A DNA stretch of 64,000 nucleotides from Octopus sinensis (GCF_006345805.1 NC_043000.1:41850001-41914000); one strand, 5' to 3'; positions 36,314 to 50,330 are shown, numbered from the stretch's first letter. Made by a program: numbers and translations. Notes: a model not told the origin generated them from the sequence alone.

Positions 36314-36367
<54 letters not shown>

Positions 36368-36573
36368 GGATGGATGGATGGATGGAAAGAGAGAGAGAGA
36401 GAGAGAGAGAGTGAGTGAGTGAGGGAGTGAGTGAGTGAGTGTGTGAGTGAGTGAGTGGGTGAGTGAGGGAGTGAGTGAGTGAGAGATACATTGGGAAAGT
36501 GAGTGAAAGAGAATGAGAAAGTGATAGACAGAGAGAATGAGTGAGTGAAAGAGAGAGTGAGGAAGTGACAGGT

Positions 36574-36604
<31 letters not shown>

Positions 36605-36610
36605 TAAGAA
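35530..36610. repeat. Microsatellite complex: two (CATA)n arrays around a ~300-bp unique segment, then (GATA)n, (GA)n, (GAGT)n, (GACA)n
   Basis: Direct reading of the sequence. Confidence 0.85.
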
Positions 36611-37148
36611 GACAGATAGATAGTTGTTTGGCCCCTGGTCAAACCTTATCGTACAGATAGATCTATGATGACAAGCATTTAGGCTTTATATGGTAACTAA
36701 GATAAAATATTTCTTTTGTTATGAAAACTTGGGTTGCTGTTTAATAGATATTAGGTATTACGTTGGTATTTCTAACAGGTGAATAGAAGTTTAATCTACA
36801 TTGCTGATTTATGAAAATAAGAATGGTTTTGCGTGTCCTTCTACATTCGGACAAATACTAATACAGCCATCGAAAACGAAATTTCTTATATTTCGAAGTA
36901 ATTTTCCCGTGCTCATATCGTTCGTGTGTAACTTGATTTTAGTATTTTATAAATAAACACACTTTCCGTGTAGTGTTCTTATGAAATATAATCATACCTA
37001 GACGTACATCTATAGCTGTTGGAAAATGATGTATAACATTTTAACTAGAATTGAGCTCTGAACATGCTTTGTGTAGGCACGATTGAATGAATACATGTAC
37101 GTGCGTATTGAATGAATACATGTACGTGTGTGTGTAGTATTATAATGA

Positions 37149-37473
37149 GAGCTCAAAATATCTCGTGGAAGCGCCATCCAACCAAAATGCAAATATATGG
37201 GAAACTACCACCTGTGTCATCTCTTGTGAAAGGTAGGAGAGTCCAGTTTGCTGGACATTGTTGTAGAGCTGAAAAAGAAGTAATTTCTACTCTTCTCCTC
37301 TGGAAGCCATCTACTCGCAATACCAGAGGGCGCACACTCTCCTACCCTGATGTAATCTCCAGGGATACAGGCATCCAGCAACAGGACCTCCATAATGCCA
37401 TGATGGACCGTGAAGTCTGGCGTAGCATGGTAATTACCATTGTCTCGACCACGGTCGAACAATGATGATGATG
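37149..37473 (+). mobile_element. RTE-group LINE 3' fragment with (GAT)n tail and 10-bp TSD
   Basis: ISWKRHPT...RRVQFAGHCCRAEKE..LLLWKP..RGRTLSYPDVISRDTG..MMDREVWR; ATTATAATGA at 37139-37148 and 37474-37483. Confidence 0.8.
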
Positions 37474-37679
37474 ATTATAATGAAACTCCACAAGTCTTGT
37501 GAAATACAGTTACCCACGGTTTTCTGACTGAAACAATAACTTATTTCGCTGTTGTTCGGGCTGATAGATTTGTGGTTTTCATTATAAGGTTATCGTTACT
37601 CTTGTAGCTGATCAAATGGTATTCTACTTGTGGAAATCATATCACACAGCATATATATATAGTGAATCCAAACAAAGAA

Positions 37680-37785
37680 GAACGAACATAGAAAATGCAA
37701 CCACACGAAACATAGAAATGCAACAACACGAGCACGTGGTATTATCAGACGCTCAGGAAAGGAAAGAAAGAGGATTTAACGTTAC
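37680..37785 (-). mobile_element. Penelope-like terminal repeat fragment, truncated at the hammerhead
   Basis: Minus strand aacgttaaatcctctttctttcctttcctgagcgtctgataatac resembles 6228-6270. Confidence 0.4.
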
Positions 37786-37849
37786 ACACCGCTAATCACA
37801 GCGCGCTTTTCTACGTTTTAGCCTTCGAAGGATGTCACTCTGCTGTCTA

Positions 37850-37995
37850 AGCAAGTAAGCCAGCATTCCCTGCTGATAGCAAGGGGGACTGGAGCAACGC
37901 TAAATGAAGTGTTTTGCTGAAGAGCATAAAGCGCTGCCGATTTGGAAATCGCATCTACGATCTAGATGTTGTGATTGCAAAATCCACTAGGCCAT
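37850..37995 (-). mobile_element. Degenerate CORE-SINE head
   Basis: ggactggagcaacgctaaatgaagtgttttgctgaagagc...ccactaggccatgcgc. Confidence 0.5.
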
Positions 37996-38302
37996 GCGCT
38001 TTCATGTGCAAGAATACATTAAGATATTAAAGTGTTCTAGAGATCTAAATCCTTTTGATCAAAATCTTGATTCTTCAATCGACGATCCAACACGATATAA
38101 TTATTAGTGTAGGTTTTGGTTCTGACATAAGACCCCTGGTTATCGAAAAATAAAACGATGAAAATTTAAGGAAGTACAGGGCAAGTTATTTCTAAAATCT
38201 TTAATATGCATACCAATTATTAAGTTTTCAAACAATTGATAAAAAAAAAAACCTGCAATGGCATTACGGTACTTATCCATCTGTGTTCTTTTTTCTTTGT
38301 GG

Positions 38303-38361
<59 letters not shown>

Positions 38362-38363
<2 letters not shown>

Positions 38364-41276
38364 ACTCCCTAAAATCAGCAACTCTAACCAAAACATGAAA
38401 ATAATTGGTAAAATCCTGCTTGCACTTAAAGGATATAATTTCAGGTAATGATGTTGACATCACAGATCTCAACCACCTGTACTATGCATCCGCGAAAATC
38501 TCAACGATCCCATGTGATGAAAAGATTAGAAAACGGCAACATTCCCACAAAAAGCCTTTTTGGCAAGAGCGTATCCAACATCAAATTAAACTATTTAGAT
38601 CTGACATTGAATATTTGAAAAACCTTAAGGTTGACAAGACTACCAAACCTACAAAAACCCTAAAATTAATGAAAAAAATATAATATGAAAACTATACTTG
38701 GTATTGATGCCACCATAGAAACCATCAAGCAAAAGGTATCTGCTAAAGCTGCCCGCATAGCGAGGTATGAAAAGCGTGTTAGATTCTTCAAGGACAACAA
38801 TTTGTTCAAAAATAACCCCAAAAGTTTTTACAGGAAGATAGGAAAAACACCAGTTACTGTAAAGTCTGTACCATCAAAAGAAGTGCAGGGATTTGGGAAT
38901 AAAATTTGGGCAGAAGAAAAAACACACAACGAAAAGGCCCCCTGGATTGATAGAATATCTACAGAACTAGATTCCTTAGAAGAGCAAAAGTGGGAGGGTG
39001 TCAAGGTAGAAGATATAAGATCTGCTCTCTGGAGTTCAAGCAAATGGAAGTCTCCAGGAAAGGATAAAATTCCTAACTTCTTGTTGAATGCCTTCCCAGA
39101 GAGCCACGAACTGCTAACATGACTTTACAATGATGTTTTGCAACACCCTAGTTGGATGCCTCCTTGGCTAGTTAATGGGTTAACATTCCTCCTTCCAAAA
39201 AGTGAAGAAACAAATGAACCAAAAAACTATAGACCCATAACCTGATTAACAACTATGTATAAAACGCTAACATCTGTCCTGACGGAATATACCTATAGTT
39301 TTTTAACAGACAGCAGCATATTCCCTAATGAACAGAAAGGATGTAAACGTGGATCCTATGGTTGTAAAGATCAATAAGATGATCTTAGAAGATTGTCACA
39401 AACGACACAAAAACTTATCAATAGCCTGGATAGACTATAAAAAGGCTTTTGATAGCCTACCACATAGCTGGATTAAGAAATGCCTGGAAATGTATAAATT
39501 AGCACCTACTCTACGAAACTTTTTGTCTGTAAGTATGAGATCATGGAGAACCACACTAATTTTGAACAGTGACAATGAATCTCTAAATGCTGGTGATGTA
39601 AAAGTTTCATGTGGCATTTTCCAGAGGGTCTCACTATCACCACTCCTCTTTTGTTTAGCCTTAATACCTCTCTCAAAATTGCTCAATGACGCACAGTACG
39701 GATATAAAATGTTTGATAAAAATATAAATCATCTCATTTACATGGATTATTTAAAGCTCTTTGCAAAAAATGACCAACAACTTAAGAGCATACTAGCGAT
39801 TGTTAAACAATTCAGTGATGACATCAGAATGCAATTTGGCCTCGATAAATGTGCAAAAGCTACCTTTATCAAAGGAAAAATGACAGAAACATCTAACGTT
39901 AACCTTGACCAGCAGAATGTCATAAAAGAATTAGACCCAGCGGAGAGCTACAAGTACCTAGGGGCAATTGAAGGTGCCGAAAAAATCATTCAGTGATGAA
40001 GGAAAGGATCAGGAGAGAATGTTATCGCAGAGTAAGAGCAATACTCAAGACAGAGCTGAATGCGAGAAACAGGATCGAAGCGATCAATGCTTTAGCCATA
40101 CCAGTCGTGACTTACAGTTTCAATATCGTTAACTGGTCAATTACTGAAATACGTAATCTTGACAGAAAAATACGAAAACTGTTGACAATGCATAGAATGC
40201 ACCACCCTAAGGCAGATACAGAACGACTTTATCTGCCAAGAAAAGAGGGAGGCTGTGGATTTTTACAACTGGCAATAACAATGAAGATTGCTACAATTGG
40301 CCTATACACTTACCTGAAAAACTCTGAGGACTAGATGTTAAAACTTGTCTCAAAACATGAAAACAAGAAAGCATCATACTCAGTAACAAAACAGGCAAAG
40401 GAATATCTAAGTGAATTCCGAATACAACAAATTTTGGAACTAGACATACAAGAAACAAGCACAGAAAAAGCTAAACGCATGAAAACCCGTGCCAAAACTG
40501 CGGCCTTAGATATTCTGAATGATAAATGGCAAGAGAAACCTCTCAATGGCAAATACCCAAAGAGAGCGAATAATGCAGATGTTGACAAAGCCCTGACCCA
40601 TCAATGGCTAATGGCCTCTGGCTTAAAATCTGAAACAGAAGGGTTTATCATAGCAGCTCAAGATCAATGCCTACCAACAAGGAACTATCAGGCCAACATA
40701 TTAAAGATCGGCAGTAGCCCAACATGTCGTGTATGTCAACAACAAAATGAAACCATTGATCATGTTGTCTCCAAGTGTAGTCTTCTAGCGCCTACAGAGT
40801 ATCTCAACAGGCATGATAGAGCTGCACAATATATTCACTGGGTAATTTGCAAAAACCTGGATTTGCCCCATTAAAAAAACTGGTGGGAACACAAACCACC
40901 CCCAGTGCTTGAAAATGACCACATCTCAATCCTCTGGAACTTCCCCATTCAAACAGGTGATAGGCCAGACATCATATTGAAAGACTTCAAACAAAGAACA
41001 TGCCTCCTCATTGATATGACGGTCCCAATCGATATAAACGTATCTGCCAAGACCTACCAAAAACTGAGCAAATATAAAGATCTTGAAATAGAAATCAGCA
41101 AAATGTGGAACCTGAAGACTAAAACAATACCTGCTCTCATAGGTGCCCTGGGAATGATAGCAAAATGGGCTGATTGCTACCTAACTCAGATACCAGGAAA
41201 CCCCAAAATAGCAGAAATTCAAAAGATAGTGCTCATGGGAACAGCTCATATCCTACGCAAAATACTTTCTATGTAA
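38362..41276 (+). pseudogene. RT-RLE polyprotein pseudogene
   Basis: YRPIT*LTT, QKGCKRGSYGCKD, AWIDYKKAFDSLPH, GIFQRVSLSPLLF, IYMDYLKL (catalytic YMDD reads YMDY); multiple stops and frameshifts. Confidence 0.9.
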
Positions 41277-41467
41277 TCTCAAGTTTTAAAACAAACATAA
41301 TTTTCGTATGTTGTTTTTTAGACATTCACTAGTACAACACCAAAAAACCCCCAAATATATGGCACACTAGGCATAACAGCAACATGAACTTCCAACCTGT
41401 TGTCTCTTGAGGTCTCTGGGTGAGACTTGGAGCCAACTTGTACAAATATAAAGCAAAAGTCAAACAT
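38362..41467 (+). mobile_element. R4/Dong-like non-LTR retrotransposon, 5'-truncated, inserted in (TAA)n
   Basis: RT motifs followed by a CCHC finger (CRVC..HVVSKC), RHD and RLE (RPDIILKD..LIDMTVP..KLSKYKDL); (AAT)n on both sides. Confidence 0.9.
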
Positions 41468-41491
41468 ATAATAATAATAATAATAATAATA

Positions 41492-41536
<45 letters not shown>

Positions 41537-41610
41537 TAATAATAATAATAATAATATAATAAGAAGAAGAAGAAGAAGAAGAGAAGAAGAAGAAGAAGAA
41601 GAATAATAAC

Positions 41611-41660
<50 letters not shown>

Positions 41661-41676
41661 TAATAATAATAATAAT
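41468..41676. repeat. (AAT)n-(GAA)n-(AAT)n compound microsatellite at the LINE 3' end
   Basis: Direct reading of the sequence. Confidence 0.9.
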
Positions 41677-41698
41677 ATTTTTTTATGTATTCGTCTCA

Positions 41699-41806
41699 CA
41701 CTGAAGAGAACAGTGATTTGTAATTAATTAAATATCATTTCATTTCATTTAATTATTCTATCATGTTATTTACATGTTTAATATCGCTGTTCGAAACGAT
41801 CGCATG
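41699..41806 (+). ncRNA. Degenerate type I hammerhead motif
   Basis: CA-CTGAAGA-GAACAGTGAT-(AT-rich loop)-ATCGCTGTTC-GAAA-CGATCG-CA-TG: same CGATCG stem III as 9639, but U16.1 changed to C and stem I reduced to 2 bp. Confidence 0.5.
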
Positions 41807-42037
41807 AATGTATTAATATTCTTTTCAAATTTTAACATCTCTTCCCCATCTTTTAACAATTTGTTGAGTTTCTATGGGATTATTTTCCATAAATTTTCAT
41901 AACACACCATATGGATGTTATAATTTCATATTCGTAAAAATCTTACGCCAGTAAGCTACCAACGGAATATGAAGAATCTTTGTTAGAAATCGCCCTTTGG
42001 AACCCTCCAAAATAAAGAATGAAATAGAACTCAACCT

Positions 42038-42078
<41 letters not shown>

Positions 42079-42397
42079 CATGTAGGTACATTTACATGAC
42101 CACACATGATGTTAAAATAAACCCAGCCCTATCATCTCTCCGCAAATATTCCCCATACTATAGTGGCCTTCATTCCTACCACTCGAAAATCACATAACTC
42201 TCTTTAGGTTTGAACCTGAACGATTTCGATCCGATTTTTACAACATCCATAATATCTGCAGACTGTATAATCCACGCTATACAATCCCATTCAGCCTTTT
42301 TGGGATTATTACCGGGGATTATCTATTTACCGATTGATAAAGTGGCTAATTTCAGTATACTATTGTATTTTATTAATCTTATTAATAATTGTTTGAA

Positions 42398-42605
42398 GGT
42401 GGCGCGCCGGCAGAATCGTTAGCAAGCGCGCGAAATGTTTAGCGGCATTTCGTTGGCCTTCACGTTCCAATTCCACTGATGTCGATTTTGCCTTTATCTC
42501 TTGCGTGCTCGATCAATTAAGTTCCAGTTGAGCATTGATATCAATGTAATCAACTTACCCCCTGTCCCGAAATTGCTGGCCTTGGACCAAAATTTGAAAT
42601 CAATA
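42398..42605 (+). mobile_element. Family A SINE
   Basis: aaggtggcgcgccggcagaatcgttagc...ggccttggaccaaaatttgaaatc. Confidence 0.75.
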
Positions 42606-42612
42606 ATAATAT

Positions 42613-42848
42613 TCAAATTTTAGCACAACGCCAGTAGTTTTAGGAGTGGGGCAACGGTTGATGACATCAACCGCAGCACTTGACTTGTATTTTATGTTAT
42701 GGGCTCCGAAGGGATGAAAGGTAAAGTTGACTTCGACAGTATTTGAGTCAGGATGTAAAAAAACCCAGAAGAAATGACACTAAGCATTTTGTCCGACGCA
42801 CTAAGGATTCTACCGGTTCACCGCCTTAACGATCATAAGGGTTTGATC
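42613..42848 (-). mobile_element. Family A SINE, tail-to-tail with the previous copy
   Basis: tcaaattttagcacaacgcc...gggatgaaaggtaaagttgac...gattctaccggttcaccgcctt. Confidence 0.75.
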
Positions 42849-43657
42849 TCACTGCATGACGCCTTAAACGATGTGTCCTTTTCTGATATGGGTAACAAAA
42901 ACTACGCATATCAAAATGACAATTTCATGAATCGGCATCTGAATTCGAAGTCACAGTCGAAAAAAATTATTAAAAATATCTGATTTATGATTGAGGTGAA
43001 AGTTATTTAGCTTTGCGTTTTCATGATTCTAAAAACGTGTTAACTATATATACATACAGCACACATAATGCGCACACACACATATACATACATACATACA
43101 TACATACATACATACATACATACATACATACATACATACATAAACACACATTCATATATGAGTGCATTATAATTACTAAGATGCATACGTACACGAGCCT
43201 CTTTCACCGTCTTTGCTATATATATATATATATATAGATATATATATATTATATATATATATATTATATAAACAATATATATATATATATATAATATATA
43301 TATATATTTATATACAAATATATGTATGTAAAAAGCATAAGCGTGTACGTAACTTGTGACAACATAAATATGCTTGTATGTATGTATGTATGTATGTATG
43401 TATGTATGTATGTATGTATGTATGTATTTATTTATGTATGTATGTATGTATACATGTATGTATGTATGTACGTTTGCGTATGTTTGCGTTGGCATTTGTA
43501 CCGGAGGGAGCAAGTGCGAGTTTCTGTTTTATTTATATTTTATATGAATAGAAATTACTCAAACCAATTGACTTTCGAACCTTGTGTATATATTATTCTT
43601 CCGAGACTTCAGGGCGCGTGTACCGGAGTGTAGGTAGGTGTAATTCTATAGTCTTTC

Positions 43658-43723
<66 letters not shown>

Positions 43724-43730
43724 TTATATA

Positions 43731-43772
<42 letters not shown>

Positions 43773-44022
43773 ATATAAATACATACTTGGTTAAATAGGC
43801 AATTTTGATTGTATGTAAATAAGTTCGTGCAAACATAGCTATGGTGTTGTGAACATTTCTATACATTGATCAATCCAATGCACCTTTTCATTTCATTTGT
43901 TAAAGAAGGGAAATATATTGGCAGGTCTCTATTGTACGATAATAGGAGGACGGAGTGATGGGTATGGAGGCGGTGTAGGTGTTTTGGGAGAGGCGGAGAG
44001 ACGTAGGTAATTAGATACATAA

Positions 44023-44065
<43 letters not shown>

Positions 44066-44077
44066 ATATATACTATG

Positions 44078-44156
<79 letters not shown>

Positions 44157-44491
44157 GTATATATATATATATGTATGTATGTATTATGTATGTATGTATG
44201 TATGTATGTATTGTATGTATGTATGTCTACTAAAAGGTACACATACATGTATTTATATGCATAAATATATAAATATACATGCAATATGCATAGATAGGCA
44301 GATGTAGAGGCAGACAGACAGGTAGATCGATAGACAGATATGCATACATACATACATACATACATACATAGATACATACATACGTACATAGAGACAGATA
44401 GACAGACAGACAGACAGACAGAGAAACAGACAGACAGGCAGGCAGGCAGGCAGACAGAGAGCAGATAGACAAATAGATAAATAGATAGATA

Positions 44492-44526
<35 letters not shown>

Positions 44527-44561
44527 CGTACATACATACATAAATAGATAGATAGAATGGC

Positions 44562-44612
<51 letters not shown>

Positions 44613-44664
44613 GTGAAACAGAAAGAAAAGAAGAATGCATAGAATAAATGAACAGTAGAGAGTG

Positions 44665-44716
<52 letters not shown>

Positions 44717-44949
44717 TGAGAGAGAGAAAGTGTGTGAGTGAAACACACTTTTATGGTTTAAAAATATTCCTAACGTTGGCACAAGATTGCTACTAAATTA
44801 TAGAGATTTAAAGACAGCGCAGAAATTGGCAGAATGTCTTGCAGTGTTAAGAGTACTAAGAGACTAGTTTACGGCTAAGAATCTCAAACGAATCTTTAAG
44901 AATGCATAAAAAAATTTAAGGCCCAGTTTTTTTCATGTAAGTTGCAGCG

Positions 44950-45560
44950 TTCTCAGTTGCAACTTACATCCATTTGCATCGATCAGGGTATGTCACGTTC
45001 ATGATTACGCTTCTATCCCTTCGTTTATTGCTCCTGGCTGGAAATTCCAAAATTTTCCTTAAGGGACTCTTGCGTTATGTTGAGCTATTAAGTGTCCATA
45101 GCTTCTAGATAGTTACGGGTGTGAACACTTTCGAAGTCTATCCGAAGTTTGTATTAGTATACTGTCATTTTCATGCTGTTTAAAGATACCATTTCCTTCT
45201 CCATTCGTACTTAATATGGAAGTTGTTTGTGTATATCGTATGTCATTTTCTTACGAAGGAATGTCAATTTCATTCTTTCAAGTAGGCAATTGGTTCCTCC
45301 TCACAAGTTATTCACTCACCTTCATAAGATATGAGTGCTTTATTTTCGTAATGTCATTTCTTCAAATACCACCTGGTATTTTTTATAGTTTTTTACTGTT
45401 CATTATTTTAAAGGAAAAATGCAAATTAGAATCGCCTCATCTCGTCTTGTCTTGTACTCATCCCCATAAATGGTCAGAGTGGAACTGCTATGAGGAGAAT
45501 TCCTGGTCGTTTAGTTCTAGCTTTTTAATTGCATAGTTAGCTCCCAGGGAAATTTTATTT
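44950..45560 (-). mobile_element. Possible very old RTE-like LINE remnant
   Basis: Minus strand gives YGHL...RKSPLRKILEF-like and LISYEGE*-like fragments resembling an RTE C-terminus; heavily disrupted. Confidence 0.25.
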
Positions 45561-46577
45561 GCCTATTCTCAGCTCCAATAAGAAAACTTGGCTTAATTAT
45601 GTTCGCTTTTGTTTAAGGCGGGAATGTGAAGAAAGGTTCGAAACGTTTGTTATTATTCTATAGAGCAAAGTAGGCACCAGAAGAGAGATTTCTTTCGTAA
45701 GATTTTTCTGCATTTACTTAAAATACTCTAGAGATTTCCATGCAAGCTAAAAATGGATAAGTTTTCGAACATGGGTTTTCAATTTGGTAGTAGCTAAATT
45801 TTATTTCGCAATAAATTGACTACCGATAAGATAATGGCCATTAGAATACGTCTCGTAATCTTCGGACAAATCTAAACCAAAAGCCAAGTTGTTTTTCAAT
45901 CTACTTTTCTTTATATACATTCACGTCCTGTTGTAGACAGCCTATTGAGGCCAAATTTATCCATCAGACGGGGTTACTTTCATGAGAGAAATTTCCCAGC
46001 ATTTTCTAGTTCTGACTGTGTTACAACACTTCCCTAACGTAATTCCAATAGATGTTCAGCGATTATCTCTGCAATGATACTAGGTTTCATTCAGTCGCTG
46101 TTTCGTTGTTCTGACATGGTGATCTTGAAAACTAGCATCAAGTGTAATTTTATCCCTGGATATTTCGTTATGAGGAATATCTGGAAAAAAGAACGGATAT
46201 ATTGTATATTTAGAATTCAATGACATGTTGATAGTTTATTTTATTAAGTACAAACAAATATTGGCATGTTAAGTCAATAATAGTAGAGAAACAACAAAAC
46301 TAGAAAAGAATATTATAGAACAAGCTTGAGTATTTCGTTTTGAAATTTCAGAACATAATATTTTGTATACTCTACCAGATAATAACATTGGCAAATATCA
46401 TTGTTCATTACACATTTGTAATGCATGATAAATTAACAGAAATATTAGCAAAGAATTTAATTGGGGAGTCTCTGGTCTATAGCATGTGAGGCTATTACCA
46501 ATATCGTTGGTGATAACTTAAATTTGTATAGAATTTTCGCTCACAGATCCAGAATCATCCGCAGTCTCAAAATTAAA

Positions 46578-46625
<48 letters not shown>

Positions 46626-46879
46626 ACTCCCTCTCTCTCTCAGCTCTCGTTCCCCAGTTTACAGATTCAAAATGGAAGTAGGCCTGCTCAATCGAGCCTA
46701 GAGTAACACCTCCTTTTTCACCACCATCTTAATGAAATAGTTAACGAGGTTTTGAGAGAAAAAAAAATTACTATTATCAGTTATTTCAGTTGTATCTGTC
46801 ATTCTAAAACTTTCGCCATAACTCCCAATCATTAGAAAGTTGTCTGACATTTTCGGCTAAACGGTAGCAGCCGGATAAT

Positions 46880-47500
46880 CTTCAAGACAAACTGATCTTC
46901 AAGACAGACGTGGTCGATTGTCAGATCAGCCCAATGCAGCAGCTGTTCGACAAAACCTCAGATGTTAGCAAAGCTCGTATACAGAATGAGTTCGTGAATG
47001 GTTTATAGCGGGGCAGCAATATTTACTAATAGCTGTACGTGGCTAGGAATTTCTGAATATTATATATATATATCCTGGGTCAGAAGTTTTTATGAGTCGA
47101 CCAACCAAGGGATTTCGTTAACGCCTAGAGCTTCCTCGAAAATGTTGTCGTTCTTCATCTCAAATAGTTCTCCCTAGAAAACTAACTAGACGTTCCACTG
47201 GCCATAATACCGTACTAGGTTTATGAGCTTCTGACAACACTCCAGGCGTCGTTCTTTAGTCCTTTCTTGACTTAAGACTACATTTCTTTCAATGAGATGA
47301 ATCTAAGTATCGAATGAATATTTCAAATTCATCCAAATTGGCCAGAACTACACCGAAAACCAGGTTTGACAGATTACTTCTTCTGTGATGTATGACACAA
47401 GATGGGGACTGTCATGAATTGAACGGTCTGGTATTGAACGTTTTTGTGCATTCTTGCCCACAGTCAGGTGACAAGCACCAAATTATTTGCTGATTCATTG
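46880..47500 (-). mobile_element. Possible degenerate Tc1/mariner-superfamily remnant
   Basis: Minus strand fragments KERRLECCQKLI and DLTIDHVC (SPDLNPIEHVW-like); no TIRs recognised. Confidence 0.3.
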
Positions 47501-48061
47501 GCTAAAATCTTAAAAATTTGATCCAGTAGAATTATGGGAGGAAAATTATCCATAATTCCCTTGCTTATATTATTCTTCGACAATAGTACTTCCCGAATTA
47601 CAAGGTTTGTTATTCACAATCCGTCAAACGGCCTTCATTTCTTAGAGCATACGCCTTAGTTCTAACAATGAAAACTTCCACATATTACGCTGAAGAAATT
47701 ATCGAAGACCATTCTCGCAGCACGCACCTTGGTCGTAATGCCCGTCTGATCTCCTCTCATAATTCACTCATTACTAGCTCTCACTTTCATCTATGTTTCA
47801 TTATCTTCATCATTATAGTTGTTTCTGATTGAGATATAAAGCCAATGGTTTTGAGCGTAGAGGGTAGGGCGATATCATCAAATTCAGTACTTGACTGGTA
47901 CTTTATTATATCGATCCCGGAAGATTGATAAACAGATTTGACCTCAGTGGAATTTAAACATATAGAGTCGGAAAAAATACCATACGCAGATATTTTCGAC
48001 ATTCAAGCGATCCAGCTGGTACGCCTTCCTTTTTAATAATAATATTAATATTCATGCTATG

Positions 48062-48280
48062 AAGGGGTGGTGAGCTGGCAGAATCGTTAACACGCCAAGC
48101 AAGATGTTTAACGGCATTTCGTCCGTTTGCACTTCCTAAATTCAAATACCGCTGAGATAGACTTTGCCTTTCATCCTTTCTGGGTCGATAAAATAAGTAC
48201 CAGTCAAATACTGGAGTCGCTGTAACTGACTTAGCCCCTTCCCCGAAACTGCTATCCATGTGCCAAAATTTGAAGCTCAT
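48062..48280 (+). mobile_element. Family A SINE
   Basis: ggtggtgagctggcagaatcgttaacacgcc...gtcgataaaataagtaccagtc...gtgccaaaatttgaa. Confidence 0.8.
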
Positions 48281-48679
48281 ATTTATATTCATGCTAAAGA
48301 TTATCGCAAGAGTCTTGGGGTGGTGCGGTTGGTAGAAGTCATGGATTAATATCTGCTCTATAGATCGTTACATTGGAAGTTTGAATTTTACTTTCTTAAG
48401 GTTCAGTAAATCGATGTCTAGGAGGAGTTCAAAGGTTGTTTAAATGTACCAAATCCACCTCAAAATCAGTGGTCTTGTGCCTATGTTAGAAATCATTATT
48501 TTGAAATTTCTTTTATAAATTCGCTTTGGCTTGGCTTGCTTTCTTGTCTTTCAGTTGAGTCTTTATTGTAGCCGCCGTCATTGTTGCTGATGTTGGTGTA
48601 GTTGTTGTTCTCATTGATATGAATTTTGTTTATTTGCTCCCTTTTGTTGTTATTGTTATCATACGCACGCACATACACG

Positions 48680-48830
<151 letters not shown>

Positions 48831-49990
48831 GTGTGTCTCTGCTTGTCTGTCCGTTTATCTATCGCACTCGCTCGCTCAGATTTTTCTTCTTTCTTACCCT
48901 TCCATTCTTCATGAAAAAGCATTTGCTATATTTTGTTTTTATTATTGTATTTTTTATTTTCGTTTCTTTCTCCAAAACCCTCTCCTATTGTCTTTTATTT
49001 ACTCTCTCTCTCTTTCTCTCACTCTCTCTTTCTCTCTCTCTCTCTTTCTCTCACTCTCTCTTTCTCTCACTCTCTCTTTCTCTCACTCTCTCTTTCTCTC
49101 TCTCTCTTTCTCTCTCTCTTCTCTCTCTCTCTCCATGTGTGTGTATATAACTCTGTAACTCTCCTTTTTTTCTTTAACCGTTCCATTCTTCATGAATAAA
49201 CATTTATTCTTTCTGATGCTATTGTTGATTTTCTTCCTTTCTCTGTCGCCCTCTAACACCCTCTCTTTCCAGCCTCTACCACACTACCCATCTTTCTCCT
49301 CGCTTTCTCTCTCCCTTCGTCTCTCTCTCTCTCTCTCATTCAATTTTACACTGTCTACATATATCTTTCTCTCCTTTTTACTTTTCCCATCTTTGTGAAA
49401 GATCGTTCACTCAATCTCTTATTGTTTTATTTTCTCTTTCTTCTCCCCAGACTTTCTTTCTCTCACTGTCTCTAATGACCTCACACTCTCTCCGTGTCTC
49501 TCCTCATCACTTTATTCTCTCTCTCCATCTTTCTCTCTCTCACACACACACTCTATCTCTTTCGTACAATATTCCTTCGCACTTTCTTTCTCCCCTTCTC
49601 TTTCCAGCCGTGTGACAACGCATTGACCTGCAACCAATCGTTCATAATCGCTACCAATCTGAGGTCACAACATTCATATTTTATGAAATATCATAAAATA
49701 TCAATTCACCTGTACTAGTTTCACCTTTAACACTGTAAACTAACTCCTATTTATAGCCTCACCCCTAGAAATGTAAACTTGCTCCTGTTTATAGCTTTAC
49801 CTTAACCTTGTAAAGTAACTCTTGTTCCTTTACCTTTGTAAAGTGGTTCCTTTGTAAAGTGGTCCTTTGCAATTAACCCCAGCCTATAACCTTTCATTTA
49901 ACTCCCTCAAGTGGTACCGAACCTGACACGGTGTAACTGTGAAGTGAATATCTTAACCCACATCCCAGCCAGTACTTACCTCCCCCCATA

Positions 49991-50047
<57 letters not shown>

Positions 50048-50121
50048 AATATATACACACACAATTATATTTACACACCACACATACATATATATATATA
50101 TATATATACGTTGTATATTGT

Positions 50122-50330
50122 TTTTCAAACCCTGCCACAAGGCCAGTAATTTCGGGGATGGGGTAAGTCGATTACGTCGACTCCTGTGCTTACCTGGTAC
50201 TTACTTTATCAACCTCGAAAGTATGACAGGTAAAGTCGACCTCGCAGGATTTGAAATCAGAACGTGCAGACGGACGAAATGTCGCTGAGCATTTTGCCCG
50301 GCGTACTAACGATTCTGCAGCTTAGCGCGT
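50122..50330 (-). mobile_element. Family A SINE
   Basis: Reverse-complement body: ccacaaggccag...aaagtcgacctcg...ctaacgattctgc. Confidence 0.75.
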
